A stretch of 64,000 bases of DNA. Origin: Vicugna vicugna. Taxonomy: Eukaryota. This document shows, one piece after another, positions 15,875 through 28,799 of this stretch (position 1 is its first letter; each line of letters opens with the position of its first letter). Made by a program: the position numbers and the translations under genes. The stretch is taken from contig MU058045.1 in NCBI GenBank assembly GCA_013265495.1, forward strand, positions 1 to 64,000, read 5' to 3'. The notes beneath the pieces are model-generated. The model was not told the DNA's origin. It searched no databases and was given only the letters and a program-made list of their open reading frames with translations.

Positions 15875-17730
15875 TCAACAAGGGGTGTCCAGAGTGGAGT
15901 GAGGGCCTCCTGGGGAGAGCAGCGCAGCCTGAGGAACGAAGAGCAGCTCCCCCCTCTCAGGGGGAGGGGTGGCTTGATGGGCGGCTGGACGGCAGGAAGG
16001 CAGCGCCCTGGGCAGCCCCATGTAGATGAAGCTGCCAGAGAGGATGAAAGAGCCGCACACAAGGAAGGAGGCGGTGAAGTCTCCTGTCTCGTCCCTTAGG
16101 AAGCCTGAGAGGAGGGGGAAAGGGACTTAGAAGCCTCAGACCCCAAGAGCAGAGGGTGGTTGTGAGCGGATCTGCTGGCTCAGGCCCTTACCTGACAGGG
16201 GCGGGCCCAGAAGCCCCCCGATGCTCATCAGCATAGGCACCAGGCCGGTGGCCTGTACAACACCTCCAATGCCCACCAGCCCCGGGAGCACACCGAAAAT
16301 CAGCACGGCGTAACTTCCGGCGCTCAGCCCGTAGGCCCCAGCGGCGGCCAGTAGGGGGCCCCCCCAGCTCCCCTCGCTCCCCACCGCGGGTACCAGACCC
16401 ACCGCCAGCAGCCCCAGCCCTGTCAATGCCCCGAACATCACGAGCAGCCGCGGGAGGGGCACCCAACCCTGGTCCGACAGCCACCCGCAGAGAAGCCGGG
16501 CTCCTGCATCCCCCACCGCTGCCACCGCCACCACCAGCGCCGCCCCGTAGCCCCCCAGGCCCCGATCTAAAGCATGAGGGGCCAAGTGCACGTAGGGGAC
16601 GAAGTACCCCGCCCCCACCACGGCCGTGCCTAGAGCCAAAACCAAGAAGGCCCGACGTGTGAAGAGACCTAGGCCGAGGGCAGCTAGAGGGCCTCGGGGT
16701 GGGGCCGAGGGGTCGCCAGGGAGCGCCAGGGGTCGCAGCAGGGCGCCACAGGGGGTGAGGTGGAGGGTAATGGCACCAAGGAGGAGCAGGGCGCCCCGCC
16801 AGCCGAAATTATCAAGGAGAAACTGCAAGGCGGGCGCCAGGAGCAGCGAGGAGATCCCATTGCCCGTGAGTGCCAGCCCCACGGCTAAGACTCGACGGCG
16901 GGAGAAGTAACGGGAGACGGTCCCGAGAGCAGGGGCGAACACCAGGGCCCAGCCGAAGCCTGCGAATGGATAGGACGGGGTGAGGGCGGGAACCGGGGGT
17001 GCCTGCCTTTGCAGTCCCAGCTCCGCTTCTCGCAGGAGGCCCCCGCCCCATTGGCCTCCAACGAGCTCCTGTTTCCCCCATCGCCCCTTAAGAACACGGG
17101 TGTCCCTCTCCCCTCACCAGCCAGGACGCCCAGGCCAAGGTAGAGGTGCAGCAGACTGCGGGCGAAAGCCGAGAAGACGAGGCCGAGCGAGGTGAGGACG
17201 CCCCCAACCATCACCACGGGGCGCGCCCCCCAACGGGTGCTCAGGGCGCTGCCCACTGGGCCTAGAAGGGGGCGGAGTCAACGGAAGACACGCTCCTGGA
17301 CCCCTAAACTCTCTTCAGCACTTCTCATTGACAGTTTGTTGGGCCTAAATTCCTCCCCCTGTCTAATAGCCCCTTCTCTTGACCACAAAGACCCACTCTT
17401 TTCCAGAACTCAGTTCCACCGGTCGCCCTTTCTCAGGTTATCTGGTGATCAGTCAGATGCGTTCCCCACCACTGCACTCATGGCCCCTCCACCCCTGTTC
17501 CCGCCTCCCACCCTGGGGCCCCCCTCACTGGCTGCCTGCTGCACGACCAGGGCCAGGGCGCTGACCCACGCAGTGTCCTGAGCGCTTCGGTCAAAATGCT
17601 CCTCGAGGTCAGGGAGGGCCAGGCCCAGGGAGCGTAACACCCCGTAGGAGAGCCCATTCACCGCGAAGGTTGAAGCCGCCACCACCCAGCCCCAGCCCCC
17701 GTCCGGGGGTCCGGCTGGCTTGGGGGTCAT
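15875..17730 (-). CDS. SLC16A11: Monocarboxylate transporter 11 (MCT11), 447 aa, 4 coding exons
   Basis: Minus-strand exons 17730-17529, 17261-17118, 16959-16192, 16104-15875 (1344 nt); [15 protein letters not shown] start, VGDAGARL (D290/R294 in 471-aa numbering), C-term HSTLDTPC*. Confidence 0.96.
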
Positions 17731-17966
17731 CGCCTCCTGGGGGAGAGGGAACACCTGTGAGTGAAGTCGCCACGTCTGTGCCTTCTCTAGGGACCTGGGC
17801 ATCCCCGAGATCCAGCTTCTGGCTGTTTGCGCGGGACTGGGGCGGGGGAACAGGACCTAGGCCTAGGGATAGAACTCCCAGGTCCGCGCGAGGTACCGGG
17901 ACGGGGTGACAGCCAGATCTCCCGGGCCTGAGACTCCCCCTCCCACACACACCCGTTCCCTCTTAC

Positions 17967-18530
17967 CCGACCTCTCCGGGTGGTGCGGGGAGGGGAAGGG
18001 TGAGGAACGGCTTGGCCGGGTTTTCTCCCCGCTTCCCCGGCGGGAGGGGGCCCCAGAGGGGAGCAAATGCAGTGATGGAGCCCAACTTGGACGTGCTCTC
18101 ACAATAAACAGATCGCCACAGGAGGCCTGAGCCACCTGGGACGCGGGGGGTACGGAGGGTGGGGGCAAGCTGAGACAGGCAGCCAATCCGCCGAGCCGCC
18201 GGTGAGGTCAGACGCCGAGTCCCACGAGGATTGAATTATCCACAGACACCCCCCACCCCCAGCCCCTGGGAAGGGAGGGGCGAGGAGTGAACGCCGCCCC
18301 GCCCCGCGCCGCCCCGTCCCCGCCCACGCACCTGCCGCCCGCTGCGCACCCGGGAGACGCGTGGATGGCGATCTCCGGCCAGCCCGCAGTCGGCAGGCAA
18401 CGCACGAAAATAGGGGTGATCCCCCAGAGCCGGAGAGAATGAGTAGTTTCGCTCTCAGGGAACGTTCGTGGAGAATCAGGTAAACCTCGGATGTCAAATC
18501 ACAGAACTCAACTGAGCGCATGTTGCGTGC
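17967..18530 (-). promoter_or_regulatory. SLC16A11 CpG-rich promoter and putative non-coding exon 1
   Basis: CpG-dense, clustered GC boxes 18293-18325, AGCCAATC at 18181; minus-strand donor CGG|GTAAGA at 17967/17966. Confidence 0.55.
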
Positions 18531-18987
18531 TCAACAATAATATGCCCTCAAGGGCTTCCTTGTGATGTGCCAGGGACATGCCCACGTGTCATCTTTCATC
18601 TTCGCAGTCACCCTGTGAAGACGAAGTAACTGAAGCTTAGGTAGGTCAGGTGACTTGCCCCAAATCACCCAGCTTAAAAAAAAATTTTTTGTTTTAAAGA
18701 TGGTGGAAATATATCAATTTGGGTCTGAGCAACTGCGGAGCCACACAAGGAGAACAGACCTCAGACAGAAATAGAAGCTACCGCCACGGAGGGAAATGGC
18801 CTGGAGACAGCTTGATGCCAAACTGACCTGGAAATGGTAGAGCCTCTGCAGGGCCAAAGAGTTTATGATCCCGAGATAGGGGTTACTGGGAATAGAAAGG
18901 ATCCTTGATCAGAATCGCTGAAGATTTAGATTAGGATTTTAAAAGAAAAGTTAAGAAATCTGAGATGAACCCAGGTAATAATTTCTT

Positions 18988-18989
<2 letters not shown>

Positions 18990-19023
<34 letters not shown>
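18990..19023. repeat. (GT)n microsatellite
   Basis: Perfect GT run. Confidence 0.95.
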
Positions 19024-19024
<1 letters not shown>

Positions 19025-20049
19025 GTGTATTTTTTTCCCCAGATTCTTTTCCATTACATCTGATTACAAGAAATTGAGTACAGTTCCCTGGGCTATACAG
19101 TAGTTCCTTGTTGTTTATCAGGTATTGATTTCTCGAAAAACCTTGTGAAAAGTATCCTTTTCACATTAGGGGTAAGGTTATCATTGATCTACTTCAGCTA
19201 TTTGAATCAAAGGATGTGTTCTTTGGTTTAATTATTAAACAGTATCACAGAAAATTTGGCAGTTTACAGCTTGGAGTATGTGTCACCCAATAGCCACATG
19301 GTGGCAGTGTTTCCTAATTGTTGAGATGTTTCTGAGCTTCTTAAGTAGTGAAACTGTAAACCTAACAACACAGCCTGATCTTCAAAGGCTCTTCACTGCC
19401 CACAGGAGGAAAACAAAATCAAATTTCTCTACTTTGGGTATAAGACCCTTCACAATCAAAGGTGGACTTAGACTGTTTTTCCGTCTCCTGTCCCTCCACT
19501 CTCTCCTTCACCCTTTCACCAGCCATTAGCCTCTCACCTGCTCTTTGGACAGGCACAGCTGTTTCTCATGCCCGAATTTTTGCATATATCATGCCCTCTG
19601 CTTGAAAGGTCCTGGATGGGGTACAGGAGACCTGCCACGTGCACCCTAGGAAAGTGGTCTCACTAGTTTCCCTACACAGGGGGGCTGTTGTGAAAAACAC
19701 CTGGGAGATGGTGCCAGCAGATCCTCAGTCACCCAGGAGGGCAGGGAGCCCTCTTCCTGAGATGGTGAGGACTCTGCTCCTAGTGGAAGCAAGCCAACTG
19801 AAACAAATCACTCCCTCTCCAAGGTAAAGTAAAAAGGCAGGGCAGTCAGAGAGGAGACTGGGTCCTCGGGGTCTGCAAGTTGTACAGAGTGATGCTGAGA
19901 GCCTTTACAGGATACTTATGAACCCAGAGGGCATCCCAGAGCCCGGGACTGGGGTGATCAGTTGTGAAAGGGCACGTTCATCTTCTACCTCATGGTCCCT
20001 CTGTTCTTAGCCAAAGTTACTGTCACTGTACATCTTTTGCTTCTGGAAC

Positions 20050-20260
20050 TAGTAGAGCAGTGAGGTTGGGAGAATGAATTTCCAAGCTAGACTTACTGGG
20101 TTTGAAGCCCATCTCTGCCACTTATTAGCTGTAATATGGTGAGCAAGTTATTCAGCCTCTCTGTGCCTCAATTTCATCTCTAAAATGGGGATAAAAATAG
20201 TAGCTTCCTGATAGGGTTGTTATGGGGATAGAATGAGTCACCGTGTATATGGGTATAAGT
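20050..20260 (+). mobile_element. MIR SINE
   Basis: tctgccacttattagctgt...gagcaagttattcagcctctctgtgcctcaatttcatctctaaaatgggga core; other MIRs ~10370-10620, 13080-13180, 26255-26540, 37830-38030, 53005-53190. Confidence 0.75.
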
Positions 20261-23200
20261 AAGGGACTTGGTGCTTGGGATATGATGTGTCCACCCCTAT
20301 AGCTGCTCCTGTGGTGACTTGCAGGAAACCGACTGGACCCTAGAGCACCGCTGCCTTTCCCTACCTGGTTAGTCTACTGATGCCTGCAGGTCAAAGGACC
20401 ACATTGGTCTGGTGAGTCCTCAGCATAACTCCCCAGGTTTTTAAGATGTGAATGACTACAAAGAGAGATTAAATGCATTTTCTTTTTTTTTTTTACGTTA
20501 GTGGTGAGTGGTTTTCTTAGCATTTTCCAAAGTTTATGAGAAGATGCTGGTCTCCCTGTCTTGACTCTAAAAACAAATGAAAAAACAATTGAGAAGAAAA
20601 GAGTCAAAATAAGTTTTGTTCATTTGCTCCTCCAGAGAAAATATTTATAGATACCTACCATCCCAGATGCTACACTTAGGACCAGGATACAACTTTCCAA
20701 TGCTACAGTCTCCCCTATCCAGGCGCTCACAATCAAGTTAGAGACAAAGTGAAATAAAGAGATCTCCACACAAGGAAAGGGACGCGGACACCGTAGAATG
20801 GTGCATGGGAGGAACTGACTCATTCTGCTTGGGCCTGTGGGGAAGGCTTCACAGAAGAGGAGCTCTTTGAGCCGGGTCTTGAAGGATGAGTAGGAGTTTG
20901 CCAGATGGATGTGTGGGCAGGGACATTCCAGGCAAAGGGAGCAGCTTGTGGAAAATCACAAGGCATGAACCAGCCCAGCACGCTGTTTATGGTTTGGGGA
21001 GCTGTACATATCGCTGTGGGGGGAACGGGGAGTGTGGACGGGAAGAATGTGGAACGAACCCGCCAGGACAGAGGGTCCCGTCGTGGAAGGTCGTGAAGGT
21101 CAGGCTAAGGAGCTTCCCAGACACTGATGCTTCTCAAAACTTTCCACTGATGTAGCAGTCACTAATACTCACTAATATTGGAAGCTAAACACAGAGGCGA
21201 GAGGACTTGTACCAGCGCCTGAGGGATCAGGAGAGTCTGGGGTGTAGACCTTCCATGGGGGTGGGAGGTCGTTTCTTTGAAATATCTTTTATATTGAAAA
21301 TTCATGTGGACTTTTCTTTCTGCTTCATAATCATTGATGCATGTTTTCATAAGAAAATTAATGCTTTAAATGACTGAGTGAATTATTTCAGGTTTTCTTC
21401 CCAAGTTCTCTTCTGGGCAGAAGCCACCCTTGAGGAGTCGGCCTGATTGCTGACGTGCATTAGGTGCCACCCCCTCTGCTGACCGACATGGCGTGCTTCT
21501 CAGCCCGCAGTGACATCATCCATTTTTCTCTTCTGCCTCTCACTCCGACATTGCTTCTACCCCACGAAGACCCAGGAGGTGGGACCCTGCGTTATTGATC
21601 TCTGGATCTTTGATACCCAAAGGTGCCAAGGGTGAATGACCACTTACTGAATGAGAGAAACTCTGAACGAGGGACTCATTGACTGACTTGCCACCAGATA
21701 TGGCAAGACCACAAGGAGTGGTGGCTGATGGACCAAACTGGAAATGCCTGCCCATGTGGAGGAAGCCCCAGAAACAGGTGCTGTGCCCAGTTGGGTCTAA
21801 CGAGATCAGAAGAGATGGTTTCAAGGTCTATACAGCATTTGCTTTGGGGACCACAGGATCTGGGAGTGTTTGTGTCTGTGAACTCTAAACCTGTGTCTGT
21901 GAACTGCAACCTCTCTGCAGGAGGTCCTTGGGGCCTCTGGGGCCAGCAGCTTCCGGGGAGCCCTGAATTGAGCCCAGCCATTCCCTGGATACACCCACTG
22001 GGGGCTCCTTCTGCCGGAGGTGGATGGGAGGGAAGGGGCAGGCAAGGATGGGTGGTGTTACCCACAGGAAATGTGGCTCTACTTGAGGTACACAAAAATA
22101 TGAGGCTTTCCAGTATTTGGCTCCCAGCTGATCTGGGGCTTCTAAGTGCCTTATACAGCTGCCTCTCCCTCCTCGCCCCCTAGCACCTTCTCCTTCTCCA
22201 GCTCACCCAGAGACCAGGCTGTGGGAAGACAGCATGGACCTCAAAGCCTAGGTCCAGGGCCCGCAAAAATGACCCAGGAAGGGGATGAGGACACAAAGGT
22301 CAGGGTTTGTGGGCCAGGCCAGGAGAGCACATCTATTGAGATGCTCTGAAATAGGGGTGGGTAATGATGCAGGAGGGTGAGGATGCCCACTCGGGGCAGT
22401 GGGGCTCACTGTGTGCAGGGAACAAGTTTGCTTAGATGACCACACATGAACGGGCGACCAAACTGTGTCCCCAGAACCTTGCGATGGGACTGGGACTGGA
22501 TAAGAAATTTGCTGAGTCTGAGGCGGGGGGTGGGGGGGCTGCAGGTGGGACTGAAGTTGGCACAGATGAGACAGAGCTGGGGCTGGAGCCAGGTTGGAGC
22601 CAAGACCTGGGATGGGATGGTAGGGGATGGGAGGGGAGTCCTACCCCACATTTCCCCTCTCTTAGCCCCTCTACCAAGTCTGTTTCCAGTGCCTCTTTCT
22701 ATCTAGTCCCCAGTCCCTTCCCTCTGTCACCAGCCCCCAGCTCCCCCACCTCGAAACCTGCTGAACACCTGGAGCCTCTGGCTCCTGGATCTCTTGGGAC
22801 AGCCCCGTCTCCAGGACAGGGGGTCAGGATGGCAGAGGAAGCAACCAGCTAAGGTCTCTGAGCCTGCTCTGTGTTTAAATATCCAAATGTGGTTTAGCTG
22901 GCATTTTCTGGTTCTGAGACTTTGGCCAACATGTGTGTCAAAGTTCTTGGTTGTAAACCACAGGCACTAACTCTGACTTATTTAAAGAGAGGACTGATCA
23001 CAGGATACTGGGTTCTGTGCTCAGAATCACCAAGGAGCCTACAGAACTAGGTTTGGCAGGAACACAGCTTGCCACGGGCCTAACTGGGTGGCCAAGGACA
23101 CTGCGGTCGCCATTGGACACTAGATGTCGCTGCCAGTCCTCTGCGACCACTGGGCCTAGGAACTACTGCTGCTGCTCAGCAACATTCTCAGCTTCGTTCA

Positions 23201-23669
23201 CCTCTAGCTCCAAATCCAAGGCCAGGGTTGTGCTCCGGACCACCTGAACCTTGGTCGTGTGCTCTCATCCCAGCTGGAAGGGACACCAGGAAAGTGAGCA
23301 AGAACAACGTGGACCTGGTAAATCGTTAAAAGCATAGTTCTTTTCTCCCCCCACATTCCTATTTAAAAGCGTAGTTCTTGACTCCTAGCTCCAACACTTT
23401 CTAGATGTCTGTTAAAAGGTGATACTATTTCAAAGGATTGTTGGTGAGACATCAGGTGACAAAGGACCAGCACAACTCAGGCACATGGTAGGAACTCTAC
23501 AAATGTAGGTCCCTTCCTGTTTCATTTCCTCTTGTTTTCTGGCCACAGGTAGTCACTCCTTCACCTCTACTCCAGTTCCCTGTGCTCCTGTGTCTGGATC
23601 TGAGAGGCGGAGTCAGTAACGATGAAGGGCCCAGGGATGATGTCTGCCGGTTCCCCTCTGCAGGACCCA

Positions 23670-24471
23670 ACATTTTTAATTATGTTTCAAGTGTACAGCA
23701 TCAGGATTCAACATCTGTATGCACTACAAAGCGACCCCCACCGCAAGCCTCGTACCATCCGTCACCAGACAGTTGACCCCTTCGCCCACCGCCTGACCCC
23801 CCTTCCCTCTGGTAACCACTAATCCTCTCTGTATCTATGAATTTGTTTTTCCGTTTTGTTTGTTCTTTTGTTTTGCTTTTTAAGATTCCACATATGAGTG
23901 AAATCATATGGTATTTGTCTTTCTTGGTCTGACTTTTTTCACTTGGCATAATACCTTCAAGGTTCATCCATGTTGTCCCAAATGGCAAGCTTTCATTCTT
24001 TTCCTTATGGCCAGAGTGCTATTCCATTGTGCGTATACACCGCACCTTCTTTATCCATGCATCCATTGATGGACACTTTGGCTGTTTCCGTATCTTGGCT
24101 ATTGTAAATAATGCTACAGTGAACACAGGGTGCACATATCTTTTTGAATTAGTGTTTTCATGTTCTTCAGGTAAATACTAGAAGTGGAATAGCTGGCTCA
24201 TATGGTGGTTCTATTCTCAATTTTTTTTGAGGCATCTCCATACTGTTTTCCATAGAGGCCGCACCAATTATAGTCCCACCAACAGTGTATGGGAGTTCCC
24301 TTTTTTCCACATCCTCTCCAACACTTGTTATTTCTTGTCTTTTGGGTAACAGCCATTCTAAAAGGTGTGAAGTGGTATCTCACTGTGGTTTTGATTTGCA
24401 CTTCCCAAATAATTAGATGTTGGCCATCTGTGTGTCTTCATTGGGATAGTGTCTATTCAGCTCCTCTGCCC
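23670..24471 (-). mobile_element. LINE-1 3' fragment (ORF2 C-term + 3'UTR)
   Basis: ORF2-like translations [23 protein letters not shown] and [30 protein letters not shown]. Confidence 0.9.
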
Positions 24472-25000
24472 ATTTTTTTCCCAGGCCAAATCCTATCCAG
24501 CTTTATTAAAGATACTTCTCATAAATAATCATGGTATTTCAGGCAGGACATGGGCAGACAATCGTCAACAGTATACAACAACTTTCAGACTCCCTTTTTC
24601 AATGGACTAACAAAATCAGAAAGCCACTGGAAAACCCAATGAAGTCTTCATGTGATGCTTTGAGAGTTTAGAATGAGGGTTGACATTTCATATTTAGCAT
24701 GTTGTTTAACAACTTTTCACAAGCTGACCCTGACTTTCAGGAAATGGAAATGAAAATGGCAGAATTATCAATGTGAAGATCCACGGTCTCAAAAAGGAAC
24801 CGCTGCTCTTTTGAGGGGTGCCATCTCAGTGGTGACCCTGGAAAGTCCAGATTGCCTGACATTACTAGTAACCAATTTGGGGGGGGGTCAGTCCCAACAG
24901 GTCTCTGGGTTTAAGGGAGTCAAGTCTATACTGAAGGAGGAGAGGGAGAAGAGGATATAAAACTAACTTTAGTTTTTCCACACCATGAGGTGCTTGTCCC
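24472..25000 (-). pseudogene. HMGN2 processed pseudogene fragment (3'UTR only)
   Basis: Minus strand ends ...GTATCTTTAATAAAGCTGGATAGGATTTGGCCTGG + short A-run, and contains GCTTGTGAAAAGTTGTTAAACAACATGCTAAATATGAAATGTCAACCCTCA, matching my recollection of the HMGN2 3'UTR. Confidence 0.8.
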
Positions 25001-27214
25001 CCAAGGAAGGAATCCCTGTGTGGCCACTGGGAGGAGCGGGGTGGGAACTGACTGAGCCCTGGGAATGCCCCAAAGCCACTGGGAGGGGCTGTGAACTGAA
25101 GAGGCTGTGACTGGCTGCTACTGATAGCACACGGACCTCTTCTTGTCTGTGCCCAGGGTGAGCCTTTCTCCTCTCAGTGCCCTCGCTTTTGAACAGAGTT
25201 CTGCTTGTCTGCCTTGAATCTCCTTCGCCCCTGCCTGCACCGCAATGTCATTTCCTCTGCACAGCCCTTCCCCGCTACTTCTCCCCTGCTTCAAAGCATT
25301 TTAAATCGTGGGCAGCCTCTCTTCCTAAGGGCTCTTTCCCTCTGTCTCATTCAGACAAATAGCTTTCCCCAGCTTTAGCCACCTCTATCTCAAACTCTGG
25401 TCATAGCTGTCTTTCTTTTCTTTTCTTTTTTTTTTCATAGTTCTCTTTCTTGATTCACAACCAGGAGTCTCACAAGGGGACTGATCCTAGTTTAAAGCAA
25501 GTTTGTGGGTCTGATGCTTACTGTGTAGTTTCAAGAGTGTGGTGGCAGGGTCTGACCTGGGGGGAGGTCACATCTGAGTGGGCCTAAAGAGAGGTGGGGG
25601 CAAGGCCTTGGGCATCTGGTCAGCTGGTTACTTAAGAGTTGACGGATTATGATTTTACCCCTCCTGGACCCAGGGGTCTGGGGGACGGGAAGTTGGTACC
25701 AAAGGCTCAGACTCAGATGTTTTAGGACAGTGGCCAGTGAAGGCTGAGAGCAGTGAGCGGAGGGGTGGGGTAGGATCAGAGCCTGAGCTCCATGGTACAG
25801 AAAGCCTGGCTGTTCTTAGGTGGCTTGTGGCTTCTGGGTTCATTTCCCTTTTGTCCTTAAGGAAAGTTTATTTATCCCCTGAGTACACAAGGTTTAGGGC
25901 TAAAAGCTCTCTAAGTGTTCACAGAAATGTTACAGACCTGAAAAAGTTTGACTCCAAAATGCAAAAAGAAAACTGTGAAAATCTAAAATAATGGATGTTA
26001 AATCAACTTCTTTGATAAATTTCATGTTCCTAAAATTTCATTACATTGGAAAACAATTTGCATGTTAATTTTCTCACTTCCCAGAATTTCCTAAATATTC
26101 GTGATGATTGCCATGAAATCAGAGCCAATCAAGGGTACAATGAGTTCCTTGCAGGCAATTCGAAAGAAGAAAATCCTTTCAAAAATCTTAACAGAAAAAA
26201 TATTACACTTAATGCATTTGTGAGTGTATTTGAAAATACTCAATATTGAGAAGTCATATAGCATGGTGGTAGGAACACAGCCTGGAACCAGACGGCCTGG
26301 GTTCAAGTTCTAGCTTTTAACAGCTCTATGATCCAGAACAAAGTATTTAACCTGCCTATGAATGACCCCCTCATCTGTAAAACAGATGACAATAAAATAT
26401 CACCTACTTCTGAGAAAAGAAGGATGATGACGGTAGCACCTTGTTACTATTTACACAAATTTTTAGGGTGGTTGTGAGGATTAAATGAGTTAATATTTGA
26501 AAAGTGTGAGACAATTCCTAATAAGAAGTAAGCACTATTTAAGGGTCTGTTTGTTCACAGAAATAAACAAATGTAGGAGAGCTCTTGATCCCTGAGTGTT
26601 TCCTTAAGTCTTTAAGAAAGTTCCACTCCAGGTCATCCGGGCTAATGAACCAAAGAAGAGCGTTGTGTGTAGCCTCGGGCCACAACCATGATTGGAACCA
26701 TGTACACCTGGGCTGTCAGGATGCAGACAGAGATAAAAAGAACCCCAAGGAGAAGGAAAAACTTGGGCCAGAGGGTTTGCCGCCCCGTTTTGGTGCTTCT
26801 CCAACCTGGGCTAACATGTGGAGTTGCCGATTTGGTTTTATTAAGGAAGCTGTCTTCCTAACTCTTCCCAAATCTAATTATCCATTTTGGCACTGACCTG
26901 CTGGACCCTGCAGGGGCCTGTGGCTCTGCTGACCGCCCCCACCCTGCACAATACAGACACCTCTTTTTATCCCTCCAATCTCTGATGGTCTCTCTTATTT
27001 TCTCCTTTGTCTTTGTCTCCAGTTACAGGTCCAACTTCCCATAATGCCATTCAGTATTGAGGATGCTGATAAGAACTGGCAGTGCCCAGAAGGCTCAGTG
27101 GATAGCAGTTCATAATAATATCAGCCCCAGAGGGGAGGGAAGATCATGTTGTCTGTAGGTCATAAGCCCTTCTGGAGCGTATAAACAGTGTGCTCATTGG
27201 CAGCACAAACCATC

Positions 27215-27750
27215 TCCACTAGTTATGATGTTTTTGGCCACAAGTAACAAAGGAGTCCAACTGAACTTGGCTTGAACAATAACAAAATATATTACCTCAG
27301 GTATCAATAAAACTAGAGGTAGGAATACCCAAGGTAGCTAATCGTGGCTCAACAGCATCATCAAGGAATCGGGGTCTTCCCATGTTTTCAGTCTGTCACC
27401 CTCGGTGTTTTAGTTTTGCACTTTCAGATGTGGCATCCAGGCATAACCACGTGCAGAGGAAAATGAGCTCAAAGCTTCCAGTGCAGTGCGTCCCTACAGC
27501 CCCCAGCAGATAGCCCTTCATCCGTGGCCAGATTTGTATCCCATGTCCATGATTAAACAAGCTACTGGCAAGAGAGAATGGGACCACCGTGATTGGCTTA
27601 CTCTCATCAGGTTGTACCTCTGGGACTGGCCTGAAGCCACTCACCTGAAGCACGTGACTGTATGGAGTAGGGTGGATTCCTGAGCACCATATAGGGTCAG
27701 TTAGGAAGGAGAAAAAACAATCAGTGTTGCACAGGAAACCAAGGGACTTG
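27215..27750 (+). mobile_element. MLT1 (MaLR) LTR
   Basis: ttttggccacaagtaacaaaggagtccaactgaacttggcttgaacaataa; ggctcaacagcatcatcaagga; gtcagttaggaagga. Confidence 0.65.
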
Positions 27751-28130
27751 GCTAAACTATCTAAGAACTCCCCGTTGGTGCTTGAAGGTACTTGGGGAGG
27801 TTGGAAAAGTAAAGTTACTCTGGAGGGGCCTATTCCTGGGACCCTGATGGGAACTTTTTGTTTGTTATTATTAATGTGATTTGTTCCCTCTGATTATTAC
27901 CACAAACTCCTCCCTCCTCCATGACACACACACACGGAGCAGGAAGAAACACCTACACTCCATGTAAAGGATCTGACATAATGTTTGGTATGAAGTGGGC
28001 ATCAATATAGCAGCAACAGATAAAAGCATGTGTCTCCTCCCCAAGTTTAGATGAGGGAAGCTACATCCTAACTGGTCTCTCTGCCACCAGCTGGCCCCAG
28101 CAATTCATTCTCTCCACTGCAGCAGAGTGG

Positions 28131-28183
28131 TTTGTTTTGTTTTGTTTTGTTTTGTTTTGTTTTGTTTTGTTTTGTTTTGTTTT
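28131..28183. repeat. (TTTTG)n microsatellite
   Basis: About 10 perfect units. Confidence 0.95.
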
Positions 28184-28799
28184 CATTCAAATCTAATCTA
28201 CCCACTAAAGCTCCCCACTGCCCTCAGGACAAACTCAAGACTCCTCAGCTAGGAGTACAAGGCCCTTTATCATCTGAATCCAGCCTGGAAATCTTGTCTT
28301 CAGAGCTCTCTCTCTCTCTTTGCATCCTCAGCTTCAGCCCACTGGCGGGGTGAATGAGTGAAGCAGGAATAGGCCCAGACTGGTTCCAAACTGGATGTAG
28401 CCAATCAAAAAATCAATCAGCTCTAAGAAGACACGATGTGCTTCAGCAGCCATGTTCTAATTAAAAGAAAAAACTATGTAAAATAGAAATATAAGGAAAT
28501 GTCTTAAATTTCATAAAGGCCAGTTCTCAAAAGGGCAGATGTTGTAAAGAGCAAATCATTAGATCTGTTTCATTAAAAAGCAAGGATACCCATTTTTATT
28601 GTTGTTACCCAGCGATGCCCAGAGGTCCTAGCAAGTACAAAAAAAGAAAGTCAGTGTTGATAGGACTGAGTACCTAGAAGACACAAGAGGCCCTAGCATA
28701 AAAACTTTCAGAATAAAGAAGGAAATTTGGCAAGGTGGCTAGATACAAGACACATAAATGTAAAATGGTAGCTTTAAGTTCTTTTTCTAGCAATAGGGC

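Noticed and set aside
21679..22900. ORFs with CPVG/CVCEL and hexamer texture suggesting a decayed third C-type lectin paralog
   Set aside because: No WxGL, QPD or WND motifs and no alignable exons found
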